From contig JAQWOP010000003.1 in the NCBI GenBank assembly GCA_029245795.1, positions 24,633 through 88,632 on the forward strand: a stretch of 64,000 bases of DNA, given 5' to 3'. The position numbers were made by a program, and so were the translations under genes. The notes below the pieces were generated by a model, which was given only the letters and a program-made list of their open reading frames with translations, searched no databases and was not told where the DNA came from. This document shows positions 63,678 through 64,000 of this stretch, piece by piece. Each line of letters begins with the position of its first letter. The first letter of the stretch is position 1. This stretch comes from Hyphomicrobiales bacterium (GTDB lineage: Bacteria; Pseudomonadota; Alphaproteobacteria; Rhizobiales; TMED25).

Positions 63678-64000
63678 CTATTTTATTGATTCTATAATAG
63701 AGTAGATATTTTTTCTATCTGGTATAATTTCTTTAGAGTCAATTTTAAGTATAGTTTTGACAGTTAATTCTGTATAGGGGAGGGAGATATTCATTTCTTT
63801 TGCATGATCTAGTACGAATCCATTCATGTATCTTATTTCTGTTTTTCTTCCCCTGTATACATCTTGCCCCATAGAGGGCCTTCTATTTGGGCCATTTGAT
63901 CTTCCTTTGATCATATTATCAAGTTCATTATAAGTATCAATATTACTTGCGTTTAGCCACTGATAGGTTGAAGCACCGCCAAAACTATCGAATTTATAAC
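63678..64000 (-). CDS. 2-dehydropantoate 2-reductase (PanE/ApbA)-family protein, C-terminal part; 5' end beyond the right window edge
   Basis: RPSMGQDVYRGRKTEIRYMNGFV matches the PanE C-domain (SMxQD...TEI.y.nG). My translation upstream of the track Met (63914) stays open to the window edge: ...YKFDSFGGASTYQWLNASNIDTYNELDNMIKGRS. Confidence 0.72.
   Translation of the reverse strand, partial: YKFDSFGGASTYQWLNASNIDTYNELDNMIKGRSNGPNRRPSMGQDVYRGRKTEIRYMNGFVLDHAKEMNISLPYTELTVKTILKIDSKEIIPDRKNIYSIIESIK

Noticed and set aside
1-64000. CRISPR arrays, transposases/IS elements, prophage, toxin-antitoxin or known defence systems
   Set aside because: I scanned all intergenic regions and ORF translations. 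There are no spaced direct-repeat arrays, no DDE/tyrosine/serine recombinase motifs, no nuclease/ATPase defence-type gene pairs and no phage structural genes.

Overview
This is a very AT-rich, extremely gene-dense chromosomal window. I call 64 protein-coding genes (two truncated by the window edges) and one tRNA-Leu(UAA). I see no rRNA, CRISPR array, transposase, integrase, phage gene or recognisable defence gene. Two lines of evidence suggest a streamlined marine alphaproteobacterium of the SAR11/Pelagibacterales kind; this is inference from the sequence, not a database hit. The first is gene content: a CckA-type hybrid kinase, DksA with a degenerate Zn finger, cysE+DUF3126, purL-bolA-grxD, a zf-CHCC protein and a TrxR-type FNR. 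The second is architecture: K/N/I-rich proteins, convergent gene ends 0-11 nt apart or overlapping, and almost no GC-rich terminators. Most of the window is core function: sucA-sucB-lpdA; a convergent korC-like/korA/korB 2-oxoacid oxidoreductase operon; fdx-fnr; dksA-cckA-recA-alaS; rpsD; purB-purC-purS-purQ-purL-bolA-grxD; coxG/S/M-like genes with XdhC/MocA maturation genes but no large subunit; and map, cinA-like, gpt, cysE, hisI, folE, yidD, thrS, nadK. The best candidates for something undescribed are four. (i) An 11-kb, 12-gene oxidoreductase-dense island (11.6-22.5 kb) has a leaderless DctP-like protein, five dehydrogenase folds, a creatinase-like M24 hydrolase and a LeuA/NifV/HMGL-like enzyme, but no transporter or regulator, and matches no pathway I can name. 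(ii) A 456-aa protein (36.8-38.2 kb) fits no family I recognise. (iii) An 846-aa membrane-anchored coiled-coil protein has TipN-like architecture. (iv) A perfect 18-bp-arm palindrome lies between map and cinA. All family calls come from motif recognition by eye and none has been verified by a search. Coordinates of non-coding elements were calibrated against the ORF track, and the element sequence is quoted in each case.
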